A stretch of 64,000 nucleotides of DNA from Octopus vulgaris (GCA_951406725.2 OX597827.1:77872001-77936000); one strand, 5' to 3'; positions 27,128-41,031 are shown, counted from the first letter of the stretch. Program-made: numbers and translations. Notes: generated by a model from the sequence alone, not told the origin.

Positions 27128-27539
27128 TTAAACTTCTCAATCCATTCATGCACACTTCTTCGTGGTAGTGCACTGTCCCCATATTCTGCTAAAAGTTTCC
27201 ATTGAATTTCAGCACCTGACACACCTTCCAACCAGAGAAATCCGATCACTGCTCTTTGTCCTTCTTTGGTGTACATTGTTAGTGGAGCAGCCATGCTTAA
27301 ACTGTAAAGCCAGAAAGAAAAATGGCACGATCAGGATCAAACTTCGATCATGGGACGATAATAGTACCAACTATAAGCATGCATGTGCACAAGGCAGTGC
27401 AGCAATAATAAAGATATGTTATGGTGAAAGTGCAGATAAGTTTTGACTTCACCTTGTATATACCTAAATATATGTATATATAAGTATATACATACTAGCT
27501 GCCTCAATTATAAGTATATACATAATATATGTATATATA

Positions 27540-27596
<57 letters not shown>

Positions 27597-27832
27597 TTGT
27601 CAATAATAATATAATATACATATATATACATATATATATATAATATTTACATGTATATGTGTGTGTATATATGTATGTATATATATATACACACACATAT
27701 ACATGTAAATATTATATATATATAATGATATATATATGCATATACATATATAAATATATGTATATGTGTGTGTATATATATATACATACATATATATATA
27801 CATATGTGTGTGTGTGTGTGTGTGTATGCATA

Positions 27833-28235
27833 TATAGGTACAGGACGTCACCAACAGTAAACAACATGACATACGAAAACAAATAAGTTGAATATGCAAA
27901 CAATGAGAGAAACAAATGGAAAACAGGACAAGTAACATAAAGAATGACCCTTCATCAGTTGTCGGGTGTCCATCTACTCCTCATTTCAAGCATTGAACAA
28001 CAATATGAGTCTTGAAAGACACTTGCTCCCATTAGTACCAAAATAAAATCTGGGTTTTATGGAGGGTTAAAGTTGGGAACAATGAGAAATAGACAGGCAG
28101 CCAACAACTGATGAAGGGTCGTTCTTTATGTTACTTGTCCTGTTTTCCATTTGTTTTTCTCGTTGTTTGCATATTTAGCTCATTTACTTTCATATTTCAT
28201 GTTGCTTACTGTTTGTGATGTCCTGTACCCATATA
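27833..28235. repeat. Long imperfect inverted repeat (arms about 135 bp), possibly Penelope-like
   Basis: 27833-27970 is the reverse complement of about 28095-28235. Both arms contain CTGATGA. Confidence 0.75.
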
Positions 28236-28236
28236 T

Positions 28237-28462
28237 GGCACGTAAAAAGCACCATCCGACCATGGCCGTTTGCCAGCCTCGTCAGGCACCTGTGCTGGTG
28301 GCACGTAAAAAGCACCCACTACACTCACGGAGTGGTTGGCATTAGGAAGGGCATCCAGCCGTAGAAACATTGCCAGATCAGGCTGGGCCTGGTGCAGCCT
28401 TCTGGCTTCCCAGACCCCAGTTGAACCGTCCAACCCATGCCAGCATGGAAAACGGACGCTAA

Positions 28463-28493
<31 letters not shown>
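28237..28493 (+). mobile_element. Family C retroposon with (GAT)n tail
   Basis: GGCACGTAAAAAGCACC repeats and the family 3' end. Confidence 0.8.
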
Positions 28494-28497
<4 letters not shown>

Positions 28498-28584
28498 TCT
28501 GTAAATGTAATATGTGACAATTATTCATTAGCCATGATGAAACTCCGAGTTTTATCATTTTTTGTAGCATTTTTTCCGATGACC

Positions 28585-28647
28585 GGATAACTGAAGAGAT
28601 GGCGACGTGGATTTCCTCCTCGGCATCCGAAACTCAGAGTTGTATCT
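28585..28647 (+). ncRNA. Type I hammerhead ribozyme motif within inverted repeat 28494-28690
   Basis: GGATAA-CTGAAGA-GATGGCGA..TCGGCATC-C-GAAA-CTC-A-GAG-TT-GTATC. Both core boxes and three stems are present, with minor mismatches. Confidence 0.65.
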
Positions 28648-28746
28648 TGGCTACCGAATAATTGTCACAAATTACATTTACAGATAAATTCCTCTATTTA
28701 CATAATATCGAGGTGTCTTTCATTCTTTTGTTGTCTTACCATTTCT

Positions 28747-28784
<38 letters not shown>

Positions 28785-29630
28785 GAGATCAAATGTAAGT
28801 TACCTCAGACCAACTAGAATTTTCACCTTCCGTATTGCCCCACCCACCACAACCACCACCTCTGCTACAGCCATACACACTACCACTGGCTCCATCACCA
28901 CCACCACCACCACCACCATTATCTTCACTACCGCTACAATTCTCAATTCCAACACTACCACCACCACCATGAATACCACTGCTATAACATGAGCCAACAT
29001 CATAACCACCACAACCACTACGAACACTGCTGCCAACACACAAAAAAAACTGCACGTCCACAACTAGTCACAGTATTAGCAGCTCTGTCACCTCACCACC
29101 ACCACCACCATCACCACCACCACCACCACCACCACCACCACCACCACCACATCATCATCATCATCACAACCACCATTAACATCACCACCACCATCATCAT
29201 CATCATCATCATCATCATTATCATCATCATCACCATCGCTAAACACCTATGCTGCTGCCGCCAGCGCCACCACCGTCAATGCCAACATCACCACCACCAC
29301 CACCACGACCACCACCACCACCACCATCAATGCCAACATCACCACGACCACCACCACCACCACCACCATCTCCCCCACCATTATCTCCAGATAAACAAAG
29401 ATGGCACTCTATAATTTGGCCAAAATGGCAGTAATTATCAAAGAGTAGATCTGTTCTATCGAACGCAGAATATATTAGTCCTGCCTGGGGCTTCAACCTT
29501 CCTGTCACATACTCTAGACAACTGCATACCATCATGAACGCTGCTTCCTGTGTGTGCATGCGTGTGTGCGTGCATGTGTGTGTGTGTGTGTGTGTGTGTA
29601 TGCACAGCTTGCTATGACACATATCTAGCT

Positions 29631-29661
<31 letters not shown>

Positions 29662-30551
29662 TGCATACACACCTGCACACATACATTGACGCAAACATAT
29701 CCAGAAACAAGCATATATATACACATATACACACATGGGAACAAATGCACATACACACACACACACATACACACACACACATACATGCACACACACACAC
29801 GCACACACACACACACACTGCCATTGGAGCATTGGTGTTACACACAAATATCTTTATTGATTGCAAATCCTCTCGGTGATCTGTCAACATGCTAGAAATA
29901 GCAGCTGAATATTGCTCCAGTTACACTTGACCATCTTAAATAAGGAAAGAACACATCTGGTCATGCAGTTCTAGATATGATAAAATATAATGGGTTGTGG
30001 TGGTCACAACTGGAAAGCTTTAGAACATAGATCTGCTTGATCAGGGTTGACCTGCAGCTTAGCAGCAGCAGCAGAAGCAGCAGAAGCAGCGGCAGCAGCA
30101 GCAGCAACCTCATCAGTACAAGGACAACTCCATCAACAACAACAACAACAACAACAACAGCAACAGTAACAATATTAATAACGCTTTCTATTAAAGGCAC
30201 AAGACCCGAAATTTGTTGGGGTGGGGTAAATCAGTCACATCAACCCCAGTACTTAACTGGTACTTGATTTATCGACCCCGAAAGGTAGAAAGACAAAAAG
30301 CTGACCTTGGCGGAAATTGAACTCAGAACATGCAGATGGACAAAATGCTGCTAATGATTCTGCCAGCTCCCCAAATTAATAATATTTTCAGATATAGGCA
30401 CAAGGCATGAAATTTGTGACGCAGGGGTGGGTGGGTGGAAATCCATTACATCAACCCCAGTACGTAACTGGTACTTAATTTATCGACCCCGTAAGGATGA
30501 AATGCAAAGTCGACCTCAGCAGTATTTGAACACAGAACGTAAAGACAGACG

Positions 30552-30615
30552 ACCAAAGCCTTGTGAGTGGATTTGGTAGACAGAAACTGAAAGAAGCCTG
30601 TCGTATATATGTGTG

Positions 30616-30666
<51 letters not shown>

Positions 30667-30870
30667 ATATGTTTGTGTGTCTGTGTTTGTCCCCCAACAT
30701 CGCTTGACAACTGATGTATTTACGTCCCCGTAACTTAATGGTTCAGCAAAAGAGGCTGATAGAATAAGTACTGGGCTTACAAAGAATAAGTTCTGGGGTC
30801 GATTTTTTCGACTAAAGGCAATGCTCCAGCATGGCCACATTCAAATGACTGAAACAAGTAAAAAAGTGTA
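30552..30870 (+). mobile_element. SINE family A, 5'-truncated
   Basis: Matches 14570-14860. Confidence 0.8.
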
Positions 30871-32118
30871 AAAAAAAAAAAAAGAGCAAAATTTAAAACA
30901 TCCAATAGGGGAGGTGCTTTAACCCACAAAAGCCACGGGTGCCTGAAACAGGGCAAGAGCCCTTCTCATTTTTTACAGGTGCACACTCAGAATTGGTCCT
31001 TTCACACTGGCCATTCTTCCAACATTCACCCACCTTTCAACAAACTTGCTACAAGGCAACACTTCCCCCTCTCCACCCTCAACTTCCTTTTCAAGTGAAA
31101 CTTGAAAAAGTTGATGAGGGCTTGGCCAAAGAGGAAAGTGCCTGTCTTTAGCCCTTTCAAAGGGGTCTACAATACTAAGTTTCTTGCTACAGCCACTAGA
31201 CAAATAACAATACAACAGCAACAACAACAACAATAATAATTATAATAAAGATAATAAATTATTTAAAATTTTGGCACAAGGTCAGCAATTTCAAGAGAGC
31301 GGGTAAGTTAATTGATTATGTTGACCCCAATGTAGTTATTTTATTGACCCAGAAAAGATGAAAGCAAAGTCAGCTTTGGCAGAATTTGAACTCAGAACAT
31401 AAAGATGGACAGAATGCTGTTGAGCATTTTGCTCAGCATACTAACAACTCCACCATCTTGCTGCCTTATTTGGGCCAAATGTTGGTAAAAAGACCCTTAG
31501 CCAAGGTGCCATTCAGGAGGATTGAACCCGAGACCTTGTGGTTGTAAAGTTGACATCTTAATCATTCAGCTGTGGCAATAAATCCAATCACATGATCAAT
31601 CACATGATCATCACAAAATGGAAAGTTAATGAAACCACATGGAAGGAAGCCTCTATATAGTCATTTGATATGCTAGAAACAACAGCTGAAACAACTTCAA
31701 ATCAGACTTTACTGTTTTGAAGAATGAAGGACACATTAGATAATGTAGTCCTAGGTATGTTATGGTTGAAAGCTGGACAGAATAATTCTAGCTGTAACAT
31801 CTTTGATTATAGGTCAGCTGGATCAGAGATGGCCCGACTTGAACAATGCCAAGAAGTTCAGGATGGAATCAGGCAACAAAATTAATTTGACCAAAAATAT
31901 AGATAGTCATAGGTGTGGCTGTGTGGTAAGAAGCTTGCTTCTTAAACATATGGTTCTGAGTTCAATCTCACTGCATGGCACCTTGGGCAAGTGTCTTCTA
32001 CTATAGCCTTGGGTCAACCAAAGCGTTGTGAGTGGATTTGGTAGATCTGTCCTCTCACACCACAATGTTAGTCTAAAAAATATAGCCACACAATCGGAAT
32101 CTTAAAGCCATGAGATAA

Positions 32119-32515
32119 TCTTTATATATAAAAGTAAGGTTGTGTGTCTGTCTCCTACGATTTAGATTCCTAACTACTCCCACATTTTGCGGTGCAGTTT
32201 AACCAAAACCGGATATCTTATAGTCGTGATTCATATCGAGCCCTTCTGGGTGTTAGCGTGCGTCTACGATGAGTCTACGATTTAAAAAAAATTTACCATC
32301 ATTTTTTTCCATTTTAATGCATTTTTTCGCTATTATATAAGGGAAGTAACTCTCTAAAAATGTCTACGATGAGTCAACGATTTAAAAAAAAATTTACCAT
32401 AATTTTTTTCCCATTTTTAATGCATTTTTTTGCTATTTTTTGGCTATAACTCTCTAAAAATGCTTATATAGTTATTTCCCTTACAAACCCGAGCAACGCC
32501 AGGCGATACTGCTAG
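32119..32515 (+). mobile_element. Non-autonomous Helitron, complete
   Basis: A|TCTTTATATATAAAAG 5' end, subterminal GC-rich imperfect hairpin CCCGAGCAACGCCAGGCG and CTAG|T 3' end with no TSD. Internal direct repeat of about 100 bp. The empty site GAGATAATGCA is seen at 27050-27060. Confidence 0.9.
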
Positions 32516-32944
32516 TGCAGTATAAATTCAAAACAATGTGGATAAATAAGTGTTGCATTTGAGAGAAAAATCTGTATTTTAAGGGTTCAAATATTAATTG
32601 AAACAAAGGCAGTTTCTTTCAACAAAAATATTCAAGGGATCTCAATTAGAGCCTTCCATGAAGATTTTGTGCCAATTTCTATGGCAAACACAAACTTAAT
32701 AACAATAAAGTTACTTTATAAAATTCTTCATTATTTTAAACAAGAATTGAAGGAACAGCAGTGTATTTCAACAGAGATAGGATAACAAAAGGGTTAAACA
32801 ACGATGGCGATTGCCTACTTATATATGATATTGTCTATATATAATGTTGTCGCTTTATGATATCCTTTTTTTTATACATTATATTCTCTCTATATAATAC
32901 ATTATATATCTATAAATGATATTGTCTATTCATAGACAATATAG

Positions 32945-33245
32945 AGTGTAGTGGGTGCTTTTATGTGCCACCGGCACGAGGGCCAGTCAAGCGGTTCTGG
33001 CAACAACTATGCTCAAAAGGTGTTTTTTACATGCTACCTGCACGGGAGCCAGTCTGTCAGCACTGGTAACGACCATGCTCGAATGTTGTTTTTCACGTGC
33101 CACTGGCACATGTGCTGGTAGGGCGACACTGGCAATGATCATGCTCGAATGGTGCTTTTTACATGTCACTGGCACGAGAGCCAATATGTGGCCCTGGCAA
33201 CTATCACACTTGGATGTGCTTTTAACGTTCCACTGGCACTTGTGC
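32945..33245 (-). repeat. About 65-bp tandem subrepeat array of family C (roughly five diverged units)
   Basis: Recurrent GGTGCTTTTA(C/T)GTGCCAC(C/T)GGCAC. Confidence 0.8.
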
Positions 33246-34188
33246 CAATCAGATGGTACTGTCATCGACCACATCAGCGATTTTGATTTTGATTTCTAAA
33301 TATTCATTCTTATAGAGAACATGAGGGGTTTAGAACACTGGTGATCTGGATGAACAGTTAAGCTGTGTAAGTGGTATAATTGGTCATCCGTTAGGTTCCA
33401 AGTTCACAGCTGAGACTGGAACCAGGGATCCGTATTAGGTTTTCGACTTAGCAGGTATATATTATATTGGAGGAAAAAGGACAACAAAAACCAAGGCAGG
33501 ACAGGTATCTCAAGTCATTTAGAATAATTTAATTAGAGTAAAGATGAATTTGAAGCTTTACAGCTGTTTCTGGGATATGTCGAGTGGTACAAACAACATC
33601 ATATATAACAGGCACTCCGTCGGTTACGTTGACAAGGGTTTCAGTTGATCCAATCAATGGAACAGCCTGCTCGTGGAATTAACATGCAAGTGGCTGAGCA
33701 CTCCACAGACACATGTACCCTTAATGTAGTTCCGCGGGAAGTTCAGCATCTGACAAAGCTGTTCCTTTGAAATATAGGTACTACTCATTGTTGTTAGTTG
33801 AGTGAATTGAAGCAGTGTGAAATAAAGTGTCTTGCCCAAGGAAACAATGCACTACCAGGAATGGAACTCAGGACCTTACGAACATGAGCTGAATGCTCTA
33901 ACCACTAAGCCACTTGCCTTCACATCCTCATATGTAGACAGACAATATCATTTATAAAAAGACAACATCATAAGTAGATAAGATCACTTATAAATATACA
34001 ATATTAAATATATAAACAATATCACTTATAAACAGATAACATCATAAAGAGGCAATATCACGTATAGACAATACCACGTATAAATAGACAATACCACACA
34101 CACACACAGATACACAATATTATATAGAAAAGCAATATCGTAAGTAGACAATATTATAAATAGACAATCATATATAAATCAACTCTGT

Positions 34189-34246
<58 letters not shown>

Positions 34247-34532
34247 TATATATAAATCCCAAAAATGGAACAAGAATGCAACAGTCGTTAATAAAGCATC
34301 TGGACAGATAGACGATAAAAGGACAGACAGGTCATTTGCAGCAATCTATCATCAGTCAAGTATCCAGACAACAATATATATATCATCATCACCATCATCA
34401 TCATCCTCATCATTGCTTAATGTCCATTTTCTGTGCTAGCACGGGTTGGACGTTTTGACCGGGGTCTGGGGAGCCAGAAGGCTGCATCAGGCTCCAGTCT
34501 GATCTGGCAGTGTTTCTATATATATATATATA

Positions 34533-34763
34533 CCTATTTCTTTATTACCCACAAGGGGCTAAACACAGAGGACAAACAAGGACAGACATAGGTATTAAGT
34601 CGATTACATCGACCCCAGTGCGTAACTGGTACTTAATTTATCGACCCCGAAATGATGAAAGGCAAAGTCGACCTCGGTGGAATTTGAACTCACAACGTAA
34701 CGCAGACGAAATACGGCCACGCATTTCGCCCGGCGTGCTAACGTTTCTGCCAGCTCGCCGCCT
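34533..34763 (-). mobile_element. tRNA-derived SINE, family B
   Basis: Closely similar to 15909-16140. Confidence 0.9.
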
Positions 34764-34789
34764 TGTATATATATATATATACCATATAC

Positions 34790-35020
34790 TTTATTATTTA
34801 AGCTGCAAAAGCATCGCAAAAAATATCACAAAAATCTTCTACTCAGAGTTTCACGTTCCCTTTCGTCAAGCAGTTGTGATCATAACTACATAATGAATGG
34901 GGATTTGAAACTCTGAGTAGCAGATTTTTGTGATTTTTGGTGATGTTTTTGCAGCTTTAATAATATTTGAGTACTATTTCTTCCCACCTTGTTTCACATT
35001 TATGTGCTTACTCTGGTATA
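34790..35020. mobile_element. Penelope-like inverted-repeat element with decayed hammerhead motifs
   Basis: Arms 34790-34853 and 34907-34964. GAAACTCTGAGTA occurs on both strands. Same family as 43918-44065 and 47385-47580. Confidence 0.65.
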
Positions 35021-35076
35021 TATCATATATATAGACATTATCATTTATAAATAAACATTATCATATATATATATAT

Positions 35077-35434
35077 CATCATCATCATTTAGCGTCCGTT
35101 TTCCATGCTAGCATGGGTTGGACAGTTCAACTGGGGTCTGTGAAGCCAGAAGGCTGCACCAGACTCCAATCTGATCTGGCAGTGTTTCTACGGCTGGATG
35201 CCCTTCCTGACGCCAACCACTCCACGAGTGTAGTGGGTGCTTTTTACGTGCCACCCGCACAGGTGCCAGACGGAGCTGGCAAACGGCCACGAATGGATGG
35301 TGCTTTTACGTGTCACCGGCACGGGGGCGAGGCGAGGCTGGCAACGGCCACAAATGGATGGTGCTTTTACGTGCCACCGGCACGGGGGCCAGGCGAGGCT
35401 GGCAACGGACACGAACGGATGGTGCTTTTACGTG
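35077..35434 (-). mobile_element. Family C retroposon with three-plus 61-bp tandem subrepeats
   Basis: Units start GGTGCTTTT near 35236, 35299, 35360 and 35421. (CAT)n tail at the left. Confidence 0.85.
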
Positions 35435-37110
35435 ATAGTGAGAATTTACAAAAAAACAAAAGATGAAGACGGGTGTGTAAATTCCCTCCCTTCTCTAATG
35501 TGAGTACCCATGGAGCTTCTCTACAGCAAGAAACCACTTCTGTTCTGGCCCCTTCTCTCTCATTTCAACCCTTTATCCTATAACATAAAGCTGTCTCCCT
35601 CTTTACTATAATCCTACACAATCAAAGGGGATACTGGTCCTGCAAGCAGCATGGCAACCTCACTAGTGCTGGTGCCGTGAAAAATGCACACAACCCATCA
35701 ATACAAGCTGTAAAGTGGTTGGCATTAAAAAGGGCATTGGAGCATGGTGCGGCCCTCAGATCTTCCAGATCCTATCAAACCATCCAACCCATACCAGTGT
35801 GGAGCATTGACATTAAATTATGATCATGATGGTGGTGGTGATGATGATGGTGGTGGTGGTGGTGGTGGTGATGATGATGGTGGTGGTGGTGGTGGTGGTG
35901 GTGGTGATGATGAAGATGGTGATGTTGGTAGTGGTGGTGATGATAAAGACAATATCATAAAGAAGTAGACAATATACAATATCAAATAGACAACATTATA
36001 AATTTAAATATCCAGCATAAATAAACAATATCATATGCACATAATATCAGGCACAAATTCAACAATATAAAACACACACACACACAAATACATGCATACA
36101 TACATACATACAGAGACCTCATAACACATAAACAAACACTATCAAAAACTCTCTCTCTCTCTATAGATATATATATGTATATAATGATGATGATGATATA
36201 TATATATATATACACACACACATACATACATACATACATACATACATACATACATACGTACATACATACGTACATACATACATATATATATATATATAGA
36301 CAATATCAGATATAGACCAGTTTACCATCCTACACTTGTTCATCATAATATTCCCCCTATTATAGAAGGAATATACCATGCTTATAAACACTATTATAAA
36401 ACAAGCAATATGAAAAAGCAAACATTATCATATTTAAACAAACACTATCGTGAATATGATAGCTAATATTGATTGATGAATAAACAAATAAAATTCACTA
36501 TTGAAAAGGAAATAAATATGATTATTGTGAGTTTATTTATAGAATTGCATTTCCTGATATGACTGTGATAAGCAGATGGTTGTGATAGAGCTGTAAACAG
36601 GGAAGACAAGGGTTCAATCACAGGCCGGGGCAAGGTGAGATTGCTCTAGGACTTAAGGTCAGGCAGACAAACGCGGTGTGGTAGGCATGGATCATTAGTG
36701 GGAGATCCGCCTTTCTCGGCAAATTAAGAAGAGCACATTCTGTATCTGACCCCAGCAATTTTTACCTTCCAAAATGGTGTCGTCTGTCCGTTGGTCTCAG
36801 GCAGAAGGAGAAATCAGTAGATGCTGAGTAGAATGAATGAGTTAATATCTATGAATACATTTGTATGTGTGTGTATATATGTGTGTGTGTGTGTGTGTGG
36901 TGGTGGTGGTGGTGATGATGGTGATGTTGGTAGTGGTGGTGATGCTAAAGACAATATCATAAAGAAGTAGACAATATACAATATCAAATAGACAACATTA
37001 TAAATTTAAATATCCAGCATAAATAAACAATATCATATATATATATATATATATACACACATACATATATATATACATATATATATATACACACACACAC
37101 ATATATATAC

Positions 37111-37145
<35 letters not shown>

Positions 37146-37148
37146 CAC

Positions 37149-37179
<31 letters not shown>

Positions 37180-37352
37180 GACACACATATATATATATTA
37201 AATATATACACACACACACACATATATATATATACACACACATACATATATAAGATATACACACACATAGTATTTGTGTGTGTATAGAGATGGCTACAGA
37301 GATAGATAGAAAAACAAAGAAAGAGAGAGAGAGAGACTATTTATAAATTAAT

Positions 37353-38903
37353 TTTAGAAATATCAATAAAAATTATAACTAATTAATTTTATAAACAGAT
37401 ATATTTATATGTAATCAATTAACACACACACATACACAGATACACACACACACACACGTATGCATATATTTCTTACATTTTCCATTTCACCTTATATTTT
37501 TATATTTTAAAATAATGCTTTTTTAGAAAATAAAATTGAATACAAAATTTGGGGATGACTTATATGTTATCGTGATGTCTCATACATTTATCAAATGCTG
37601 GATGTAGAAGGTAAAAAACAAAAATTTGTACGTTGGGGAAAATTACTAAGAACCTAACCTCAAATTAAGAAAATAGAAAAAAGAAAAATGTCGTAAAAAT
37701 TATAAAATCGGCTAATTTTTACATTTTTATTTCAAATTTGGTTTATTTGTTATTTTTTCCGCCCTATAGTAATTAAATTTAATGTAATAAATTGGATCTG
37801 TTCAAGAGAAGCTACCCTGTATTTGGATAATGTGTGGCTGGCGAAGGGAAGAAGCATTCCTGCGGGCGCCATTCTAAAAAACTTTTCTGCAAGGAAAAAT
37901 TGATTGAATGATTTAGAACGTTTTTTATTCGAAAAATATAGCTAGTTCTTGCTTCAAAACTCAATAATAAAGCAATTTTTAAAAAAAATATGTTAATCAT
38001 CGCAAAAAACTTGATATGTTTTTTAAGACGGAACAGATACGGTGCTTGCATAATTATCTCCTCGTGAAAAACACCACTAGCACGGACATAATAGACAGAC
38101 ACGTAAATGGAGCAATACAAAACGAATATTTAGAAATATCAATAAAAATTATAACTAATTAATTTTATAAACAGATATATTTATATGTAATCAATTAACA
38201 CACACACATACACAGATACACACACACACACACGTATGCATATATTTCTTACATTTTCCATTTCACCTTATATTTTTATATTTTAAAATAATGCTTTTTT
38301 AGAAAATAAAATTGAATACAAAATTTGGGGATGACTTATATGTTATCGTGATGTCTCATACATTTATCAAATGCTGGATGTAGAAGGTAAAAAACAAAAA
38401 TTTGTACGTTGGGGAAAATTACTAAGAACCTAACCTCAAATTAAGAAAATAGAAAAAAGAAAAATGTCGTAAAAATTATAAAATCGGCTAATTTTTACAT
38501 TTTTATTTCAAATTTGGTTTATTTGTTATTTTTTCCGCCCTATAGTAATTAAATTTAATGTAATAAATTGGATCTGTTCAAGAGAAGCTACCCTGTATTT
38601 GGATAATGTGTGGCTGGCGAAGGGAAGAAGCATTCCTGCGGGCGCCATTCTAAAAAACTTTTCTGCAAGGAAAAATTGATTGAATGATTTAGAACGTTTT
38701 TTATTCGAAAAATATAGCTAGTTCTTGCTTCAAAACTCAATAATAAAGCAATTTTTAAAAAAAATATGTTAATCATCGCAAAAAACTTGATATGTTTTTT
38801 AAGACGGAACAGATACGGTGCTTGCATAATTATCTCCTCGTGAAAAACACCACTAGCACGGACATAATAGACAGAGACGTAAATGGAGCAATACAAAACG
38901 AAT
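37353..38903. repeat. Near-perfect head-to-tail duplication, period 776 bp
   Basis: 37353-38127 matches 38129-38903. One substitution noticed (AGACACGT vs AGAGACGT). The ORFs at 37812 and 38588 are duplicated. Confidence 0.93.
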
Positions 38904-39473
38904 GAGATCGAAATATTTTTATTTTTCAAGTTTATGGATACAAAGCAAATATATAAATCGTTGGAAATTTCGAATTGGCGATGTATCTTGGGAGAAAATC
39001 TTATCGAAACATTTAGTCCGGGCTGTCGAAGCGGAGACGAATTATCTCCCTTGCCCTTCCTCCATTATCCTCCACTTATGTTTTCAAACACTTTATGTTT
39101 GGTGGAAAAAAATTTTTTTTGCAATAAAGAAAACACTAGTCTGTCTGTCTGTGCGTCACATTATCTCCCTTGCTCAGTGTCTGCTGATTTTTAGACTTAC
39201 CACCAAGCAGATAGCTCCCTGTTATCTTAAAAAATGCCGGTGACAAAGACTGCGGACTTCTCCTCTAAGTATACTTATATTAGCATGTAAGTGTGACCTG
39301 ATACTCAGTATCCACCCACCCTACTCGGAGGGGCGGCTTTTTTATATTCCATATACATAGAGATATACCTATATCTATATGCATAACATATATTGTGTTT
39401 TTTAAACTTGAAAAATTGTACTCAAAACCCCTCTAATTTAAACTCTACACAGAAGGAATTATACATATATATA

Positions 39474-39504
<31 letters not shown>

Positions 39505-39608
39505 ATATATATATATATAATACATATTTTTGTATATATAAAATTATACTGTATACCCCCCTCCTCACGTTTTCATTTATAACCATACTCTCTGGACACT
39601 CCCATGAA

Positions 39609-39670
<62 letters not shown>

Positions 39671-39915
39671 ACATTTTGGTATTATTATTATTATTATCAT
39701 CATCATCATCATCATAATTATCATCATGAGTTCTTTAAAGTGAAAGGGGGAAAATTGATTGTCAATATTTATAGATTAGATACAGTAGAGACGAGCACCA
39801 TCTCTCTCCGCTTGGCCGGTCCGATAGTGAAACAGAAAAAAGTTCTATTGACACACATATACACTCACATTGGAAAATATGCACGCATTTACACATATGC
39901 AAATGTATATACCTT

Positions 39916-39972
<57 letters not shown>

Positions 39973-40257
39973 ATGTATATTATATTTTATGAATAGTTAT
40001 ATTATATATATTTATATATTATATAAATATAAATATTTATATTAATAAATTTTATAAATATTTGTATATATATATATAATAAATATTTAAATTTATATAC
40101 ATTTATATACACATGCATTTATATATATATATATATATACACATACATTATATACATATACATTATATATATATATATACATACACATACATTATATACA
40201 TTATATATATATATATAAATATATATATATACATTATATATAAATATATATATATAT

Positions 40258-40289
<32 letters not shown>

Positions 40290-40974
40290 CATACATTATA
40301 TATATACATTATATATAAATATATATATATATATATACATACATTATATATATATATACATTATATATAAATATATATATATATATATACACATTATATA
40401 TAAATATGTGTTTATATATATATATAATTATATATGTATGTATTCATGTAATCTAGTTATATATATTTGTGCGTGTTTGTGTATATGTATATCGAGTGTA
40501 CATATGTGTGCGTGTTTGTATGAATATACTTGTGCGTATATAACGATGTTCATACGTATGTGTATTTGTGTATATACATATATATATTTGCTTATATACA
40601 TACATACATATATATATATATATGTTTGTACATGCATATTGGTTTTGTAGAAGTACATATATGTATATATTCACGTGTATATATGTATGTGTATGCATGT
40701 ATAATATATATGTGTACCTATTGATATATAAATCTATATATATATATATATTTATACATATTCATATGTATATATATATATTTATATACACATACATGTA
40801 TACATATACACAAATACATGTATATGAATCTGTGTGTGCACATGTGTATATGTACACATATATATCTTTATCTCGAAAGGCTGAAGGCTATTTAAAGTTT
40901 TGCCCTAGGTTAGATTGTTCAAATATCTACTTCTGTATACATACCTTCCCACCCACAGCTACACACACACACAT

Positions 40975-41031
<57 letters not shown>

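Larger units (their letters stand above)
25988..27456 (-). mobile_element. Mariner transposon 5' half (HTH region to WVP motif), disrupted by nested insertions
   Basis: Joined translation MAAPL..QRAVIGFLWLEGVSGAEI..ALPRRSVHEWIEKF / KRGWTS..GHLSTSTIDE..RRV / AHSLQISHGSAYQIIHDELGFHKVCARWVP. Terminus TA-CAAGGTGAAGTCAAAA at 27456. Confidence 0.88.

Noticed and set aside
27940-28130. Hammerhead at the CTGATGA of the 27.8-28.2 kb inverted repeat
   Set aside because: No correctly placed stem II plus GAAA could be found, so it was kept only as an inverted repeat.
35236-35434. Regularly spaced repeats suggestive of a CRISPR array (also 32954-33245)
   Set aside because: The intervening sequences are homologous to each other, there are no cas genes, and the context is a eukaryotic retroposon.
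37812-38929. Duplicated 102/113-aa ORFs as a gene pair
   Set aside because: Non-ATG starts, AT-rich, no recognisable domain, and explained by the 776-bp duplication.
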